A DNA stretch of 64,000 nucleotides from a bacterium (lineage in GTDB: Bacteria; Patescibacteriota; Saccharimonadia; Saccharimonadales; Saccharimonadaceae): positions 13,685 through 77,684 of the forward strand of contig JAUMUX010000003.1 of NCBI GenBank assembly GCA_030530485.1, given 5' to 3'. Made by a program: the position numbers and the translations under genes. Positions 39,737 to 48,971 of the stretch are shown here, one piece after another; the first letter of the stretch is position 1; each line of letters begins with the position of its first letter. The notes under the pieces were generated by a model. The model did not search any database. It saw only the letters and a program-made list of their open reading frames with translations, and was not told where the DNA came from.

Positions 39737-40744
39737 TTATTTTTTAGCCGCCACATCTGCGGTTAATTCCACCAAACGGTTTGAATATCCCCACTCGTTG
39801 TCATACCAAGCCACAACTTTGACCAAATTGCCACCAACTACATTCGTGAGCGATAAATCTACCACGCAAGAATGTGAATTGCCCTTTAAATCGCTCGAAA
39901 CCAGCGGTTCATCGGTTACGCCCAAAATTCCTTGGTAAAACGGCTCTTTCGCGGCACGTTCGAAAACTGCGTTGATTTCGGCTTTCGAAACTTCTTTTCG
40001 AAGCACCGCCGTGATGTCGCTCAATGAAACGGTTGGTGTTGGGACGCGCACACTCAAGCCATCGAATTTGCCTTCGAGCGAAGGAATAACTTTCGAGGTA
40101 GCAATCGCCGCGCCAGTGGTGGTTGGCACAATATTTTCAGCCGCACTGCGAGCTTCGCGCAAATCTTTTGCAGGCGCGTCCAGCAAGCGTTGGCTCGCCG
40201 TGTAAGAGTGAATTGTGGTCATCATCGATTTTTCAACCCCAAATTCACGCTCCAAAATTGCCATAATCGGCGCAATACAGTTGGTGGTGCAGCTGGCGTT
40301 TGAAATAATTTCATCTTCACGGCTCAGCTCAAATTCATTCACGCCCACCACGATAAACTTCGCACCTTCACCTTTGGCTGGTGCCGAAATCACTACTTTT
40401 TGCGCACCCGCCACGATGTGCGCGCGCGCTTTAGCTGGGTCAACAAAAAGCCCCGTAGCTTCAATCACTACGTCAATTTCCAGCTCGCGCCAAGGTAAAT
40501 CTTCAGGGTTTTTCTCGGCTAAAACGCGAATTTTTTGCCCATTCACTGTAATCGAATCTTCATCATACGCCACATCGTGGTGATAATTGCCATAAGTGCT
40601 GTCGTGCTTCAAAAGATACGCCAAAGTTTTCGTATCCGTCAAATCATTAATCGCCACAATTTCTAAATCATCGCGCTCAAAGGCTATCTTGAACGCATTT
40701 CGACCAATTCGCCCAAAGCCATTAATTGCAACTTTTTTAGACAT
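39737..40744 (-). CDS. gap: glyceraldehyde-3-phosphate dehydrogenase, type I
   Basis: 335 aa; NGFGRIGR Rossmann, ASCTTNC catalytic cysteine motif. Confidence 0.9.
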   Translation of the reverse strand: MSKKVAINGFGRIGRNAFKIAFERDDLEIVAINDLTDTKTLAYLLKHDSTYGNYHHDVAYDEDSITVNGQKIRVLAEKNPEDLPWRELEIDVVIEATGLFVDPAKARAHIVAGAQKVVISAPAKGEGAKFIVVGVNEFELSREDEIISNASCTTNCIAPIMAILEREFGVEKSMMTTIHSYTASQRLLDAPAKDLREARSAAENIVPTTTGAAIATSKVIPSLEGKFDGLSVRVPTPTVSLSDITAVLRKEVSKAEINAVFERAAKEPFYQGILGVTDEPLVSSDLKGNSHSCVVDLSLTNVVGGNLVKVVAWYDNEWGYSNRLVELTADVAAKK

Positions 40745-40846
40745 TTTGTCTCCTTTTTTGTTATAGAATATCTGTTTTTATTTTACCATAAACGCTTTAA
40801 AAAATCTACTGTTTACTTCTTATGTTTATTGATATATTATTAAAGT

Positions 40847-41083
40847 ATGAAAAAACTACTCAAATTGCTACCCACCATCAACTTATTTTTATCTGTGATT
40901 GCGATAGTTTTATCGCTGATGGCGCTCAATTGGATTCACCTCAATAACCAGCGCGAAGTCGCCACCGAATTGCTGCTTTCGGCAAAAATAAAATGCCTCG
41001 AAACTGGCGCCAAAAAAGACTGCAATTTAGCCAAAGAATACGCCCAAGAGCTCAAAGACAAGGCAATTAAATTCGATTTTTAG
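40847..41083 (+). CDS. small membrane protein (hypothetical)
   Basis: 78 aa, one TM helix. Confidence 0.3.
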   Translation: MKKLLKLLPTINLFLSVIAIVLSLMALNWIHLNNQREVATELLLSAKIKCLETGAKKDCNLAKEYAQELKDKAIKFDF

Positions 41084-41760
41084 CTTTTCGAAAACTTTTT
41101 GAATTCCTCCGCGCTTAAATCACGCCATTTTCGATTTTCGAAAATCTGAAAAGATGATTTTTGGCGCGGAATTTTTTCTTTTGCCAGCCATTCCATCATT
41201 TTTGGCAGATTTTTGGCGCGAAAAACCAAGGCATCATAGCCAAAATCAAAATTTCGAAAACATATTTTTCGGGGACTTTCTTCACCCGTCATTTCGATAA
41301 AATCATCAACCGCAAATTTCGGATAGCCTAAAGCTTCGCCCATCAAAACAGCTTTTATTTTATCGTCCTCACCCCAAGAAAATTTCTCGGCTTCAAGATA
41401 TTTTGCAAGCTTTTCCATATCTCTAAAAAGAAAAACTTGAATTTTCGAATCGGTATGTTTTTTGTTCCAGATAGTATGAAAATGAATATTTTTTCGAAAA
41501 ATAATTTGAAGAAAAAATGCCTTCATTTGATCTTTAAAACGATTTTTAAAAACCAAAATCATACTTGCGCGCCGCCTGCGCATAAACGCTAAAATCATTT
41601 TCCGCTGAATTTTCGCTAATTTCATAATTCCTTTCAAAATTAAAGGTGGAAAATCCGCCAACGAGTAGGAGTATTCACCAATCTTCACAGCTACCGCAAC
41701 TGCCGCCATCATAGCCACCGCAATCGCCAAATTCACTACCGCTATTATTGGTAAAAACAA
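41080..41760 (-). CDS. hypothetical membrane protein (TTG start in track; true start uncertain)
   Basis: 226 aa; N-terminal hydrophobic helix, basic stretch, soluble C-terminal domain; no motif recognised. Confidence 0.3.
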   Translation of the reverse strand: MFLPIIAVVNLAIAVAMMAAVAVAVKIGEYSYSLADFPPLILKGIMKLAKIQRKMILAFMRRRRASMILVFKNRFKDQMKAFFLQIIFRKNIHFHTIWNKKHTDSKIQVFLFRDMEKLAKYLEAEKFSWGEDDKIKAVLMGEALGYPKFAVDDFIEMTGEESPRKICFRNFDFGYDALVFRAKNLPKMMEWLAKEKIPRQKSSFQIFENRKWRDLSAEEFKKFSKS

Positions 41761-41819
41761 TCCAATTATATTTTGTAACCATTTCTGTTACCTCATAATG
41801 TGCGCGAAATTCGTTTTCG

Positions 41820-41853
41820 ATATGATAACTTAGACAATTCTAAGTTATCATAT
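41820..41853. promoter_or_regulatory. perfect 14-bp inverted repeat ATATGATAACTTAG-N6-CTAAGTTATCATAT, candidate operator
   Basis: read directly from sequence; lies 60-95 bp upstream of ORF 41080-41760 and just downstream of relA/spoT; no T-run, so not a terminator. Confidence 0.5.
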
Positions 41854-41900
41854 AATACACTATAATTGGTTATATTTCAATATTAATAAAGTAGATTTCT

Positions 41901-43460
41901 TTATTTTTCGCTGGCTTTGCGGGCGCGAACAGCTTCGGCGTTGCGAATTGGCTCTAAATCTCCACGCTGGCGTAATTGCGAGCGCAGTTTAATTCGCGCG
42001 TGCGAAGTTTTCACCAAATCCAACCAGTCAATCTTCGGCTCAGAACTTTTGCGTGTCATCACCTCTACCACATCGCCCTCTTTTAGCGGCTTATCAAATG
42101 CGTGAATTTTGCCATTCACTCGAAAAGCGTAAGCATGCTTGCCGATTTCGCTGTGCACCAAATAGGCAAAATCCAGTGGCAAAGCGCCCTCGGGCAAGTT
42201 GTAAATATCTCCTTTTGGTGAATAAACGAAAATGCGGTCGCCAAAAATATCAATCTGAAGTTGCTCTGGGTCGATTTCTTCGCCATCGCGCAAACGCTGC
42301 GCCACATCTTGAAGTTGCACAATCCACTGAAGCTCATTCGAAAGCCCACCGTTGCCTTTCACCTCAAGACGAGGCTTTTTCGAAGTCGCCCCCGAAATAT
42401 AATCTTTGCTCGATTTCTGCTCGTGATAATGAAAACTCGCCGCCAATCCGCGCTCGGCAAATTCGTGCATTTCGCGCGTGCGAATCTGAAATTCGGCAAT
42501 CAATTTCGCAGGCGTAATCACCGTGGTGTGCAGCGATTGATAACCATTCGGCTTCGGCATCGAAACATAATCTTTAATGCGTTCAATCATCGGCTTGTAA
42601 AGCGTATGTAAAACGCCCAAAACACGATAGCACTCATCTTTTGAATCAACAATAATTCGTAGCGCCATCAAATCATACACGCGGTCGATATCGCCCTTGG
42701 TCTTTTTCAATTTTTTGTGTAGCGAATAAACACTCTTCACGCGACCAGAAATTTCGAAATTAATTCCCGTTTTCGAAAGTTCCTGCTCCACTTCTTCGCG
42801 CACTTTGCCGAGTTTTCGAGTGCTTTTGCCGAGCCGTTTACGAATTTCATTCTCCAACCGACGATATTCTTGCGGATTTAAATACAAAAAAGCCTGTTCT
42901 TCCATTTGCATTCGCACGCGACCCATTCCCAAGCGGTCGGCGATACTCGCAAAAACATCCAGCGTTTCTTGGGCGATTTTCTTCTGCTTTTCGGGCGACA
43001 TATGCCGGAGAGTCTGCACGTTATGCAAGCGGTCGGCGAGCTTGATAATCACCACGCGCACATCTTGCCCAACCGCAATCAGCAACTTCGAAAGATTATC
43101 GCGAGTCTGCGGCAAATAAGTTTCCAGATTTTTCATTCCACTTCGCGCGCGCCCAACTTTGGTGACGCCATCCACCAAAAAAGCAATATCTTCGCTGAAT
43201 TTCTCGGCGATTTCTTCCAGTGGCGTTTCAGTATCTTCCACCACATCATGCAAAACTCCAGCCACCACCGAGTCGATGTCCATTCCCCACTCAACCAAGT
43301 AGCCCGCCACGCGCAAAGGGTGCGTGATATATTCTTCTCCCGATTTGCGAAATTGCCCCGCGTGTTTTTCGGTCGCAAAATCAATCGCTTCTTCCAAAAG
43401 CGCAATTTCTTCTTGCGTATAAAATTTTTTCGCCAAATTCAGGAGTTCACGTTTTTCCAT
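41901..43460 (-). CDS. bifunctional (p)ppGpp synthetase/hydrolase, RelA/SpoT family (HD, synthetase and TGS domains; no ACT domain)
   Basis: 519 aa; HD motif HPLRVA...HDVVEDT, synthetase RVKSVYSLHKKL, TGS region IFVYSPKGD. Confidence 0.9.
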   Translation of the reverse strand: MEKRELLNLAKKFYTQEEIALLEEAIDFATEKHAGQFRKSGEEYITHPLRVAGYLVEWGMDIDSVVAGVLHDVVEDTETPLEEIAEKFSEDIAFLVDGVTKVGRARSGMKNLETYLPQTRDNLSKLLIAVGQDVRVVIIKLADRLHNVQTLRHMSPEKQKKIAQETLDVFASIADRLGMGRVRMQMEEQAFLYLNPQEYRRLENEIRKRLGKSTRKLGKVREEVEQELSKTGINFEISGRVKSVYSLHKKLKKTKGDIDRVYDLMALRIIVDSKDECYRVLGVLHTLYKPMIERIKDYVSMPKPNGYQSLHTTVITPAKLIAEFQIRTREMHEFAERGLAASFHYHEQKSSKDYISGATSKKPRLEVKGNGGLSNELQWIVQLQDVAQRLRDGEEIDPEQLQIDIFGDRIFVYSPKGDIYNLPEGALPLDFAYLVHSEIGKHAYAFRVNGKIHAFDKPLKEGDVVEVMTRKSSEPKIDWLDLVKTSHARIKLRSQLRQRGDLEPIRNAEAVRARKASEK

Positions 43461-43517
43461 ATATCAATTATACACGAAAAATTCGAAAAATAAAGACTGT
43501 TTTCTCTTTTCGAAAAC

Positions 43518-43546
43518 TTGACTTAATAGCAAAAAAGTGTTAAAAT
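43518..43546 (+). promoter_or_regulatory. sigma70-type promoter TTGACT-17-TAAAAT for the coiled-coil protein gene
   Basis: consensus spacing; followed by the imperfect inverted repeat gaacttcaaagtgaagtttc in the leader and an AAAGGAGG RBS. Confidence 0.5.
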
Positions 43547-43616
43547 TTGCTTAATCGCAAGATTGAACTTCAAAGTGAAGTTTCTCAGGCGAAATTCTTA
43601 TCAAAGGAGGCTTTTT

Positions 43617-44906
43617 ATGAGCCAAAAAGATTTATTGGTCGAGTTATGTTCGCTCGACAAGCATTCCCGAAAAGACAGGGAGAAATTTTTCGAAAAATTA
43701 GAAGAATCGGAATTTTTTGAAGAAATTTACAGTATGTTCGGCGCCAAAACCTACGACGCGATGAAAAATTATTCGCTGTTTGGCTCAAACATTACGCCAA
43801 ATATTCGCAAAAGAATCAACTTGGTTTTAGCGAGGGCTTCAAACGAGTTCAAAAAACCGCAAAATTCCAAGAAAGAGCCCGAAAGTGACGAATCGCAAAA
43901 CGCAAAACTGGTGCGCAAAATTGAAGAATTGCGCGCGGAGGTAATTGCGCTGAATGAAGAAAACGGCAGTTTATTTAAATTTAAAAAGCAAGCCGAAAAT
44001 CTTCTTTTCGAAAAAGCTCAGCTTCAAGAGGAAATTTCGAAAATCATTTTCGAAAAATCGAACCTTGAAACGAAAAATTCCGAGCTAAAAAATCAAATTT
44101 TCGAATTGAACACGAAAATTAAAGAGCTCCACGATTCTTATAAAATCCAGAAATCGAACGAAGTTGAAAAACTCCAATCGGAGCTTGAAATCGAGAAGCA
44201 AAAAACCGAAGTTTTGACCGCCGCGCTAAGCAATATTCGAGGAATCGTGAATAGCAAAAAGCTGGAAAAAATCTTCAATCCAGATTCGGAACAGCAAGAA
44301 GTGCAAGCGCCGAAATCGAAGATTGTGCTTAAAAATTCGAACCGTTTTTCTTCTCCCGTCAAAGTTTTTCGGTTTCAGCCTGTCTCGCGCGAGCCGCTCA
44401 AAATTAAAAAAGGCACCGAGATACGGTTGCGTAATTGGCGCACACCGAGGTCGGTTCAGCGGAAGATTGTTGCCAAATCGCCAAGTTCGCCAAGCGAAAG
44501 TTTGCAAAACGCGCTGAGCAATCGCGACAAATCGGCGATGACGGATTTGAAAATCTGCATTATTCGCGAGAAAAAGCCCGAGCAAATGGCGGAAATCGTG
44601 AAGCTTTTTGGCGAAGGTTCGGAGCATATTCAGCCTTATTTGGTAAATTATAAACACAGTGATTTTATTGCTGACGTCGAAAAAGATAAATTTGATATTT
44701 TCGTAGTTTTTACCGACTCTTCGCGGCATTACTTTGCGGAAGAATTTTGGTTCGCTAGAAATCAAAATAAAATTCTGGTTTTCGGTAGTGCCGACGAAAA
44801 GGATTTCGAAAATCGTTCGCGAGTTTCGAAACAGCTAATCATCATTCGAAAAATTCTCAATTTCGCCACCGCAAATAAATTAATCTTCACGAAAAAACCG
44901 AGCTAA
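43617..44906 (+). CDS. coiled-coil protein with uncharacterised C-terminal alpha/beta domain
   Basis: start taken at ATG 43617 (strong RBS); about 130-aa heptad region (EELRAEVIALNEEN...KELHDSYK); basic linker; C-terminal 120 aa with alternating hydrophobic strands (KICIIREKK, FDIFVVFTDSSRH, ILVFGSADEKDFE). Confidence 0.4.
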   Translation: MSQKDLLVELCSLDKHSRKDREKFFEKLEESEFFEEIYSMFGAKTYDAMKNYSLFGSNITPNIRKRINLVLARASNEFKKPQNSKKEPESDESQNAKLVRKIEELRAEVIALNEENGSLFKFKKQAENLLFEKAQLQEEISKIIFEKSNLETKNSELKNQIFELNTKIKELHDSYKIQKSNEVEKLQSELEIEKQKTEVLTAALSNIRGIVNSKKLEKIFNPDSEQQEVQAPKSKIVLKNSNRFSSPVKVFRFQPVSREPLKIKKGTEIRLRNWRTPRSVQRKIVAKSPSSPSESLQNALSNRDKSAMTDLKICIIREKKPEQMAEIVKLFGEGSEHIQPYLVNYKHSDFIADVEKDKFDIFVVFTDSSRHYFAEEFWFARNQNKILVFGSADEKDFENRSRVSKQLIIIRKILNFATANKLIFTKKPS

Positions 44907-44928
44907 TTGGCTCGGTTTATTTTTGGGA

Positions 44929-45459
44929 TTATTTTTCGTTCCAGCGCGCGATTGATTCAGCAATCACTTCTTTTGCTTCTTCCGCATCACCAAATTTTTC
45001 AACTTTTGTTGTGCCTGGCTTTTTCAAATCTTTGTAATGATTGAAATGGAATTCAATCTGTTTGATAAGCTGAGCTGGCAAATCCGCCAAAGTTTGATAA
45101 GCGTTGCCAGTGTCGCGGTCGTCGGCAGGCACGGCGATAATTTTATCGTCAACCTCGCCATCATCAACAAATTTCATCACGCCCAAAATTCGCGCTTCCA
45201 AGAAAATTCCAGTGGTTAGCCGGTCGTTGGTGATGAGCAAAACGTCAAGCTCGTCGCCATCTTTGTCCAAAGTTTGCGGAATAAAGCCGTAGTTGGTTGG
45301 CTTTGCAAAAGCTTTTGGCTCCACACGGTCGAGCTGCATCACTGCCAAATCGCGGTTCCACTCGATTTTGTGAGTTGAGCCAGTTGGAATTTCCACAACC
45401 ACATTGATAATTCCATTTTGATAATCACCAGGAGTTAAAATTTTATTAAAATCTGCCAT
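44929..45459 (-). CDS. ppa: inorganic pyrophosphatase (family I)
   Basis: 176 aa; conserved family I PPase residues (DGDELDVLL, ...). Confidence 0.9.
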   Translation of the reverse strand: MADFNKILTPGDYQNGIINVVVEIPTGSTHKIEWNRDLAVMQLDRVEPKAFAKPTNYGFIPQTLDKDGDELDVLLITNDRLTTGIFLEARILGVMKFVDDGEVDDKIIAVPADDRDTGNAYQTLADLPAQLIKQIEFHFNHYKDLKKPGTTKVEKFGDAEEAKEVIAESIARWNEK

Positions 45460-45515
45460 ATTTTCCTTTCTTCTTTTTTAAATTTTAGCAAAAATTCTTG
45501 CGTAAATCAACTTCA

Positions 45516-46529
45516 CTATTCACTTTGGCGATTCGCTAAGCTCACCAAACTCGCTTCGGCTGATTTTTGAGTGCGCCGTTTTGGTTTGGCGGCAGTTTTA
45601 GTTTTCGAATTTTGCTCGCTCTTTACCGTTTTGGTTTTCGAATTTACTGCGGGCTTTTTCGAAACTTTTTTCGAAGTCGCTGCCTTGGCAACTTTTTTCG
45701 AAACCGATTTTCGAACTTCATTTTTGGCTTTTTCGCTTTTCGAAATCGCCACTTGCGCGTTTTTAGCTGGCTTTTCGGCTTTCGATTTTACTGGCGCGCG
45801 ACCTTTATTTTTCGAATTATCTGATTTGGCAGTTTTTGCGCCAACCAATTTGGCGAACATCATTTTGCCCGCCGCAGTTTGCAAGGTGCGAATAAATTCC
45901 ACCTCGGCAGTTGTGCCAATCAAATTTTCGGCGCCTTCCACTACCACCATCGTGCCGTCCGAAAGATGCCCCACGCCCTGCTTTTTCTCGTTGCCGTGGC
46001 TGGTGATTTCGAGCATAATTTTCTCGCCCGGCAAATATTGAGCGCGCACCGATTGAACCAATTCGTTAATATTCAAAACCTCAATTCCTTCAACTTTTGC
46101 CACTTTATTGAGGTTATAATCAGCAGTCAAAATCTTGGCGTTCATTTTTTTAGCAAGCGAAATCAAGCGATTATCTACACCTTCTTTAGCTGAATTGCCG
46201 TCCGCCAAAATGCTCACATTAACTTTTTGCTCATTTTGGAGCGCCGAAATAATATCCAAACCAAAGCGCGCGCGAACCCGTTTTTCATCGTCGCCGCCGT
46301 CAGCCAAAATCTGCAATTCGCCCACCACACTGCGCGGAATTAAAATCTCAAAATCGATAAATCCCGTGCGCGCCACCGCCAAAAATCGACCGTCGATTAA
46401 AATCGAAGTATCCACCAAAACGCGATTGCGCGATTTCGAAATTAGTGGCAATTTCGAATCTCCCTCTTTGGTGTCAAGCCAAAAAAAGAGAGTCATCACC
46501 ATTAGTGTAAAAATTAAAAAATCTGTCAT
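45516..46529 (-). CDS. PIN/TRAM-domain protein (YacL-like) with lysine-rich C-terminal tail
   Basis: close to B. subtilis YacL (VLVDTSILIDGRF, DYNLNKVAKVEGIEVLNINELV, DGTMVVVEGA, GKMMFAKL); directly downstream of radA. Confidence 0.75.
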   Translation of the reverse strand: MTDFLIFTLMVMTLFFWLDTKEGDSKLPLISKSRNRVLVDTSILIDGRFLAVARTGFIDFEILIPRSVVGELQILADGGDDEKRVRARFGLDIISALQNEQKVNVSILADGNSAKEGVDNRLISLAKKMNAKILTADYNLNKVAKVEGIEVLNINELVQSVRAQYLPGEKIMLEITSHGNEKKQGVGHLSDGTMVVVEGAENLIGTTAEVEFIRTLQTAAGKMMFAKLVGAKTAKSDNSKNKGRAPVKSKAEKPAKNAQVAISKSEKAKNEVRKSVSKKVAKAATSKKVSKKPAVNSKTKTVKSEQNSKTKTAAKPKRRTQKSAEASLVSLANRQSE

Positions 46530-46545
46530 TTTTTCCTTTCGGTTT

Positions 46546-47898
46546 TTATTGTAAATATTTAATTAGTGCGTCGCGAAGGTCGCGAACAGGAGTGACGAAT
46601 TTGCTTTTCGAACTGATTTTTGGCGCAATCGCTTGGGTGAAACCAAGTTTTTTTGCCTCGGCAATTCGGCGCTCAGCCTGAATAACGCTGCGAATTTCGC
46701 CGCCCAAACCAATTTCACCAAAAGCCACCACGCCGTCGCTCAGTTTGCGCCCAGCCGCCGCCGAAGCAATCGCCATCGCAATCGCCAAATCCGCCGCACG
46801 GTCATCGAGCTTTAAGCCACCCACCACGTTGATATGCACATCTTTATCGCTCAAATCGAGTTTAGTTCGCCGCTGAAGCACCGCAATCAGCAAATTCAAA
46901 CGATTGAGGTCAAAACCACTGGCGGCTCGCTTCGGATAGCCAAAATTCGAGGGCGTAACCAGCGCCTGAATTTCTACCAAAATCGGTCGCGTGCCTTCAA
47001 GTGTAGCTAAAATCACCGAGCCATCAATATTTTGCCGTTCAGCCAAAAGCGCCGCCGATGGATTTTCGACAATCGAAAGCCCGTTCTCGTTCATTTCGAA
47101 AATCGCCGCCTCGCTCGTCGAACCGTAGCGGTTTTTGACCGCACGCACCACTTTAAATCCGCCATAACGGTCGCCTTCAAAATTCAGCACCACGTCCACC
47201 AAATGTTCAAGCGTTTTCGGCCCCGCAATCGAGCCTTCTTTAGTGATATGTCCCACCAAAATTACCGCCGTGCCCGATTTTTTCGCCGCTTGGATAATCA
47301 AATTCGAAGAATTCGTGATTTGCGAAACACTACCTGGCGCGCTCGAAATTTCACTCATCGCCAAAGTTTGAATCGAGTCAACAATCACCAAATCGAAATC
47401 GCCGTCGGCGATGGTCGCTGAAATATCGTCCGCCGAAGTGGAGCTGGCAAATTTGAGTTTGGGCGAGTTATTCGCATTCAATCTCTTCGCCCGCATAGCA
47501 ACTTGTTCCGCCGATTCCTCGCCCGAAACATAAAGCACGTTTTTTTCCTGCGCGATAAAACCCGAAATCTGCATCAAAAGCGTGGATTTGCCGATTCCAG
47601 GCTGCCCCGCAATCAACAAAACACCCGCCGGCAAAATTCCGCCGCCCAAAACCGTGTCCAAATCAGCAATTCCGCTCGAAATTCGCGTTTGCTTCTTTTC
47701 TGAAATAATTTCGTTTAAATTTTGAGTTGTAAGGATTTTGCCTTTGCCTACGCTTTTCGCCACGGCATTTTTGCCCGTCGATTCTTCAATCTCTTCTAAA
47801 AGCGTGTTCCATTGCCCGCAATTTTCGCATTTTCCCGACCATTTCGGGTAGCTCGCGCCACAATTCTGGCATACAAATTTCGTTTTTAACTTCGCCAC
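46546..47898 (-). CDS. radA: DNA repair protein RadA/Sms
   Basis: N-terminal C4 zinc ribbon, Walker A GQPGIGKSTL, KNRYG motif, Lon-like C-terminal domain. Confidence 0.9.
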   Translation of the reverse strand: MAKLKTKFVCQNCGASYPKWSGKCENCGQWNTLLEEIEESTGKNAVAKSVGKGKILTTQNLNEIISEKKQTRISSGIADLDTVLGGGILPAGVLLIAGQPGIGKSTLLMQISGFIAQEKNVLYVSGEESAEQVAMRAKRLNANNSPKLKFASSTSADDISATIADGDFDLVIVDSIQTLAMSEISSAPGSVSQITNSSNLIIQAAKKSGTAVILVGHITKEGSIAGPKTLEHLVDVVLNFEGDRYGGFKVVRAVKNRYGSTSEAAIFEMNENGLSIVENPSAALLAERQNIDGSVILATLEGTRPILVEIQALVTPSNFGYPKRAASGFDLNRLNLLIAVLQRRTKLDLSDKDVHINVVGGLKLDDRAADLAIAMAIASAAAGRKLSDGVVAFGEIGLGGEIRSVIQAERRIAEAKKLGFTQAIAPKISSKSKFVTPVRDLRDALIKYLQ

Positions 47899-47929
47899 GT
47901 TCCAATTTTACCACAAAAAAGCTGATTTG

Positions 47930-48934
47930 TTAAATCGAATCTACCTTTTCGACCTCTTCAATTTTCGAATTCATACTGTTGTAAAGTTGCTGAATTTCGC
48001 TCGCAATTTGCGACAGTTCTTGGGCTTTCGAATTATAATCCGCCACTTTCGAATTGATTTGCACGCGATAATTTTCCAGATAATTCCCCGCCGAAACTAA
48101 ATTTTGCCGCTCAGAATAAAAAGCCGCCTCGCTGTTAAAATCGCCACTTTGAGCTCGCGCATTGAAACTCGCAATCGCCCGATTGAGGTTTTCCAGCCGC
48201 GCGCGGTAATCTGCACTCATCGAATTTATTTCATTTTCGAGCGTTTTCAGTTCAGAATTTAGGCTCGCCGCTTTTTCAGAAAGCTCGCTGAATTTAGCCT
48301 GATATTTGGCGTTCATCGCCACGATTTCACCCCGATTTTGAAAATATTTCGCATAATGCGCCTCTAATTCGCTCGAAAGATTACCAAATTCCGTGCCGAG
48401 AATCGAATGTAGCTCGTTGTTTTCCTCGCCAGGTTCAGAAATTTCGTAGCCTTTCATCGTCGTTTCGAGCTTATCAGTCTTTACTCGCTGATATTCAGCC
48501 TGCAAAAGCTCCCCCAATTTCGCCCGCTCTTCATTATCCATCCGTGCCCAAATCGCGTGCAGCAATTCGTGCGCCGCCGTCACCTCTTTAATTCCGTCCA
48601 AATCCTGATTTTGCACATCAAAAATATAAATTGAATCGTTGTAAGTTGAGCCATTTTTATAGCAGCCCAAAACCGAGGTTTTTTCAAGCAAATTCGAGCA
48701 ATTTCGGTTGAATTCTTCGCTGGCTAAAACTCGCGGCTGATTGGCGTAAAAAACGGTTTGCGCGGCAGAAGTTGGCCGAATCCGCGAGACAATTCCCGAG
48801 ATTTCCGCGCTCGGACGGTAATTTTGAGCGCGCCAAAAATCTGAAACAGCCTGCGAATTTGCCGAAAGCCAAATTCCGCCCGCCACCAAAATCGCCAAAA
48901 ATACGCCCAAAATCGCCTTTTTCATATTCTCCAT
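47930..48934 (-). CDS. membrane-anchored putative zinc metallopeptidase (HExxH...E) with C-terminal coiled coil
   Basis: N-terminal TM helix; AAHELLHAIW HExxH motif with downstream NELHSILGTE glutamate; the C-terminal 150 aa are heptad-rich. Confidence 0.4.
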   Translation of the reverse strand: MENMKKAILGVFLAILVAGGIWLSANSQAVSDFWRAQNYRPSAEISGIVSRIRPTSAAQTVFYANQPRVLASEEFNRNCSNLLEKTSVLGCYKNGSTYNDSIYIFDVQNQDLDGIKEVTAAHELLHAIWARMDNEERAKLGELLQAEYQRVKTDKLETTMKGYEISEPGEENNELHSILGTEFGNLSSELEAHYAKYFQNRGEIVAMNAKYQAKFSELSEKAASLNSELKTLENEINSMSADYRARLENLNRAIASFNARAQSGDFNSEAAFYSERQNLVSAGNYLENYRVQINSKVADYNSKAQELSQIASEIQQLYNSMNSKIEEVEKVDSI

Positions 48935-48971
48935 TGTATCATAAAAATCGCGCTTATGCTATACTTGAGCT

